Below, piece by piece: positions 61,267 through 64,000 of a DNA stretch of 64,000 nucleotides (within the stretch, counting starts at the first letter, position 1; each line of letters starts with the position of its first letter). The position numbers and the translations under genes are program-made. Source of the DNA: an uncultured Christensenellaceae bacterium (lineage in GTDB: Bacteria; Bacillota; Clostridia; Christensenellales; Pumilibacteraceae); assembly GCA_910588155.1 (NCBI GenBank), contig CAJUPB010000012.1, forward strand, positions 2,046-66,045, written 5' to 3'. A model generated the notes under the pieces. It searched no databases. It saw only the letters and a list, made by a program, of their open reading frames with translations, and was not told the DNA's origin.

Positions 61267-62118
61267 CTATTTAAAAGTTTTCAGACCGCCTTTTACTACT
61301 TTGCAATCCAAAACCGCATCTTTGTAAATTTCTCCGTCCAGCTCTATGGGGTAGTTGAAAGGGGAAGAAACTTTGACTTCTTCGCATTCGAAGTGGCGTA
61401 CATACGGTTTGTCAAGATGTCTGCCGTTTGTAAAACCCATAAGCGCCCGCATTATTTTGCCGTTTTGCGGCATTTGTACGGTTATGACGTTCAGTTTTCC
61501 GCTGTCGAACGAAGACAGCGGAGATATTTTCATTCCTCCGCCGAACTGTTTGCCGTTGCACACGCCGACCATAATGCAAGAGTAATGTTCTGTCTTTTCG
61601 CCGATTGTGACGTCCAATTCGTAGGGTTGAAAATGCGATATGCAATATATCAGCGACATAAGATAAGTCAACTTTGTGTCGCGTTTGTTTTCCACGCGTT
61701 CCAGTACGGAAACGTCCAATCCCGTGCCGCCGATGTTCAGACAGCGCAAACCGCACGCAAGTTGTATGTAATCGATATTTGTCGGTTGCCCGTTCAAAGC
61801 CGCATTCAGCGCTTCGGCGGGTTTTTTCGAAAGTCGGAACACTTCGGCAAAGTCGTTGCCTCGTCCGCAGGGAATGAAACCTATTCCGCATTTTTCCACA
61901 TCGAGGCCGTTCAATACCTCGTGAAATGTACCGTCGCCGCCGACGGCGATTATCCTTTCTCCGTCAAACTGTTCCGCAAGCTGCTTCGCGTGTCCCTTCC
62001 GCGCCGTTTCGCAAATCTCGAACGGAATGTTTTTATCGGACATCTGCGAGCGTATGAGAGCCTCAATCTTCTTTCCGTTTCCGCTTCCGCTGCCGGGATT
62101 GATTATAAAACGGTACAT
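61267..62118 (-). CDS. Diacylglycerol/lipid kinase family protein (DagK/YegS-like)
   Basis: MYRFIINPGSGSGNGKK, AVGGDGTFHEVLNG, and IPCGRGNDFA. AAGGAG lies 8 nt before the ATG at 62118. Confidence 0.88.
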   Translation of the reverse strand: MYRFIINPGSGSGNGKKIEALIRSQMSDKNIPFEICETARKGHAKQLAEQFDGERIIAVGGDGTFHEVLNGLDVEKCGIGFIPCGRGNDFAEVFRLSKKPAEALNAALNGQPTNIDYIQLACGLRCLNIGGTGLDVSVLERVENKRDTKLTYLMSLIYCISHFQPYELDVTIGEKTEHYSCIMVGVCNGKQFGGGMKISPLSSFDSGKLNVITVQMPQNGKIMRALMGFTNGRHLDKPYVRHFECEEVKVSSPFNYPIELDGEIYKDAVLDCKVVKGGLKTFK

Positions 62119-62255
62119 CGATAATTTCTCCTTATTGGTTGAAAAACATTGGGTTGAATTAACGTATTTTATTATAACATTTTTGCCGCGAAATATCAAG
62201 AGAAATAACGAAAAAGATTGCCAAAACGCGTTTTTAATGATATAATATCTTACGT

Positions 62256-63614
62256 ATGAAAATCGAAGTACCTAAAAGCTTGGAATTGCTTGTCAAATCC
62301 GCAGGAGTTCCCGTATATCTCGTCGGGGGTTACGTTCGCAATAGTCTGCGCGGTTTAAAACCCACGGATATGGACCTTACGGGACCGCAGCCAGTGAGCG
62401 CGTTGAAGCTGTCGCCGAAGTACAGAGTAAAGACGGTCAATTTCCGTCTCGGCACGGCGCAGATAAAATGCGGAAAAGAAGTATACGAGTATACTCCTTT
62501 TCGCGTGGAGAATTATGATAAAGGACACACGCCGAGCGAGGTGTATTTTACGACGGATATAAAGCAGGACGCACTCCGCCGCGATTTTACTTGCAACAGT
62601 GTATATTATGATATTATAAACGACGAGCTTATAGATTTGGTCGGTGGAATAGCCGACATAGAGCGCGGAGTGCTTCGGTCGTATAAGCCCGAGCGTACGC
62701 TTTCGTCGGACGGGTTGAGAATCATACGTCTCGTACGTTTCGCCTGTCAGCTCGGCTTCAAAATCGACGGAGCGACGGCTTCGGCGGCTATGGCGAAAGC
62801 CGAGCTGTTGAAGGATATAACGCCGGAGAGAAAACGGGAAGAGCTTGACAAAATTCTTGCGGCGGACGTTGCCAACGGCATTGACCAGGCCCATTACCGC
62901 GGAGTGAAACTGCTTGCCAAAATGGGACTTTTCAAATATCTGATTCCGGAAGTGGAACAGTGTGTGGGAGTGGAGCAGAACCCCGCATACCATAAGTACG
63001 ACGTGGCGGAACATACTTTCCGCACCGTGGCATATGCGCCCGTGAAAGTCAGGCTTGCGGCTCTTTTTCACGATTTGGGCAAAGCTTATTGTATGGAAAA
63101 ACACGGCAATATGCACGGGCACGAGTTGGTCTCCTCGCAGATTGCCGAAAGACGAATGGGCTATTACGGATTGCGGTACAGCAACGACGAGATAGCTTTC
63201 GTCAAAAAACTCGTGTTGAATCATATGTACGATATGGCGGGGAACACGTCCTCCGCGAAAGTAAAGCGCTTTGTCGCGGCAAACTTCGATATAATAGACG
63301 ACTTGATAGACTTGATAAATGCCGATAAACTTGCCACCGGTATGGTATTAAAAGAGCAGCTTGGTGAAAATCGCTTTACTGCGGTCAAATGGGAGCTGAT
63401 AGAAAGCGGTGCGCCGATATACGTCGGAGACTTGGAAATAGACGGCAACGACTGTCACGCGGCAGGTCTGGACGGCGAACAGATTGGTCTGTTTTTGAAA
63501 GAGATGTTGGACGTATGTTTGCTGAATCCGCGCCTTAACAATAGGTTGTGGCTGACGGAACGGGCGGCGGTCAAAGCGGAGAATTTGAGAAAGAACGAAA
63601 AAAGCAAGGAGTGA
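62256..63614 (+). CDS. cca: CCA-adding enzyme / poly(A) polymerase-family tRNA nucleotidyltransferase with HD domain
   Basis: LVGGYVRNSLRG..DMDL, RRDFTCNS, and the HD motif LFHDLGK. Confidence 0.82.
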   Translation: MKIEVPKSLELLVKSAGVPVYLVGGYVRNSLRGLKPTDMDLTGPQPVSALKLSPKYRVKTVNFRLGTAQIKCGKEVYEYTPFRVENYDKGHTPSEVYFTTDIKQDALRRDFTCNSVYYDIINDELIDLVGGIADIERGVLRSYKPERTLSSDGLRIIRLVRFACQLGFKIDGATASAAMAKAELLKDITPERKREELDKILAADVANGIDQAHYRGVKLLAKMGLFKYLIPEVEQCVGVEQNPAYHKYDVAEHTFRTVAYAPVKVRLAALFHDLGKAYCMEKHGNMHGHELVSSQIAERRMGYYGLRYSNDEIAFVKKLVLNHMYDMAGNTSSAKVKRFVAANFDIIDDLIDLINADKLATGMVLKEQLGENRFTAVKWELIESGAPIYVGDLEIDGNDCHAAGLDGEQIGLFLKEMLDVCLLNPRLNNRLWLTERAAVKAENLRKNEKSKE

Positions 63615-63616
63615 AT

Positions 63617-64000
63617 ATGAAAGCCGATTTGCACGCACATTCCTATTATTCCGACGGGGATTTGTCCCCGAGAGAACTTGCGCGATATATGTCGGAAGCG
63701 GGAGCAGATGCGTTTTCGCTCACCGACCACGATACTATGGCGGGCGTGGACGAGGCTTGTGCGGCGGCGGAAGAGTTCGGATTGAAGTTTGTTCCCGGTG
63801 TGGAAATTTCCGCATACGACGGGTGCGACATTCATATTCTCGGTTATTACGTCGATAAAAACAATCCGAAGTTTAAAAAGTTCGATGCGGATATGTCCGA
63901 ATCCAGACGTGTGCGTTTCGAGAGAACTTTGGAGCTTTTGAAGCAGTATGGTATGCCGCTGGATTTTGACAAAGCTCGCTCGTTTGCCAAAAGAAATCCT
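63617..64000 (+). CDS. PHP-domain phosphoesterase (3' end beyond the window)
   Basis: MKADLHAHSYYSDGDLSPRELA and FSLTDHDTMAGV. I translated the frame by hand and it is open to nt 64000. It is absent from the ORF track because it is truncated. Confidence 0.8.
   Translation, partial: MKADLHAHSYYSDGDLSPRELARYMSEAGADAFSLTDHDTMAGVDEACAAAEEFGLKFVPGVEISAYDGCDIHILGYYVDKNNPKFKKFDADMSESRRVRFERTLELLKQYGMPLDFDKARSFAKRNP

Overview
This 64-kb chromosomal window looks like it comes from an endospore-forming Firmicute (Clostridia-like). That is an inference from spoIIR, sleB-ypeB, a spoVB-like flippase, veg and a SPOCS/LysM protein, and from the gene orders secA-prfB and dnaX-ybaB-recR. I call about 55 protein genes (mostly + strand) and one initiator tRNA-fMet. 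I see no rRNA, no CRISPR array and no intact mobile element. Most of the window is housekeeping: secA, prfB, tsaD, mnmA, pheA, ilvC, pckA, ispE, trxB, corA, dnaX, recR, cca. The parts I think deserve a second look are: (1) an orphan 1,679-aa N-terminally anchored protein with no domain I can recognise (41241-46280, minus strand). It is transcribed divergently from a compact, overlapping circularly-permuted ATP-grasp / alpha-E / transglutaminase triad (46539-49244), a system predicted only computationally. This pair is my best candidate for an undescribed system, but the link between the two is inference only. (2) A glycan-binding lipoprotein gene whose signal peptide is out of frame with its body because of a C11 homopolymer (19208-19218). 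(3) A Rho-like protein with the Walker A P-loop destroyed (6273-7496). (4) An 0.86-kb terminator-insulated cassette holding an XRE repressor, three palindromic operators and two tandem paralogous Cys-rich mini-proteins (40382-41197). (5) Two domain-permuted, membrane-tethered GH3 glycosidases. (6) An AT-rich accessory patch (about 57.3-61.2 kb) ending in a C-terminal remnant of a large serine recombinase. Core genes almost never use TTA/CTA/TCA codons. This produces kb-long stop-free antisense ORFs in the supplied track, and I reject those as artefacts. All functional calls rest on motif recognition by eye. No database search was run.
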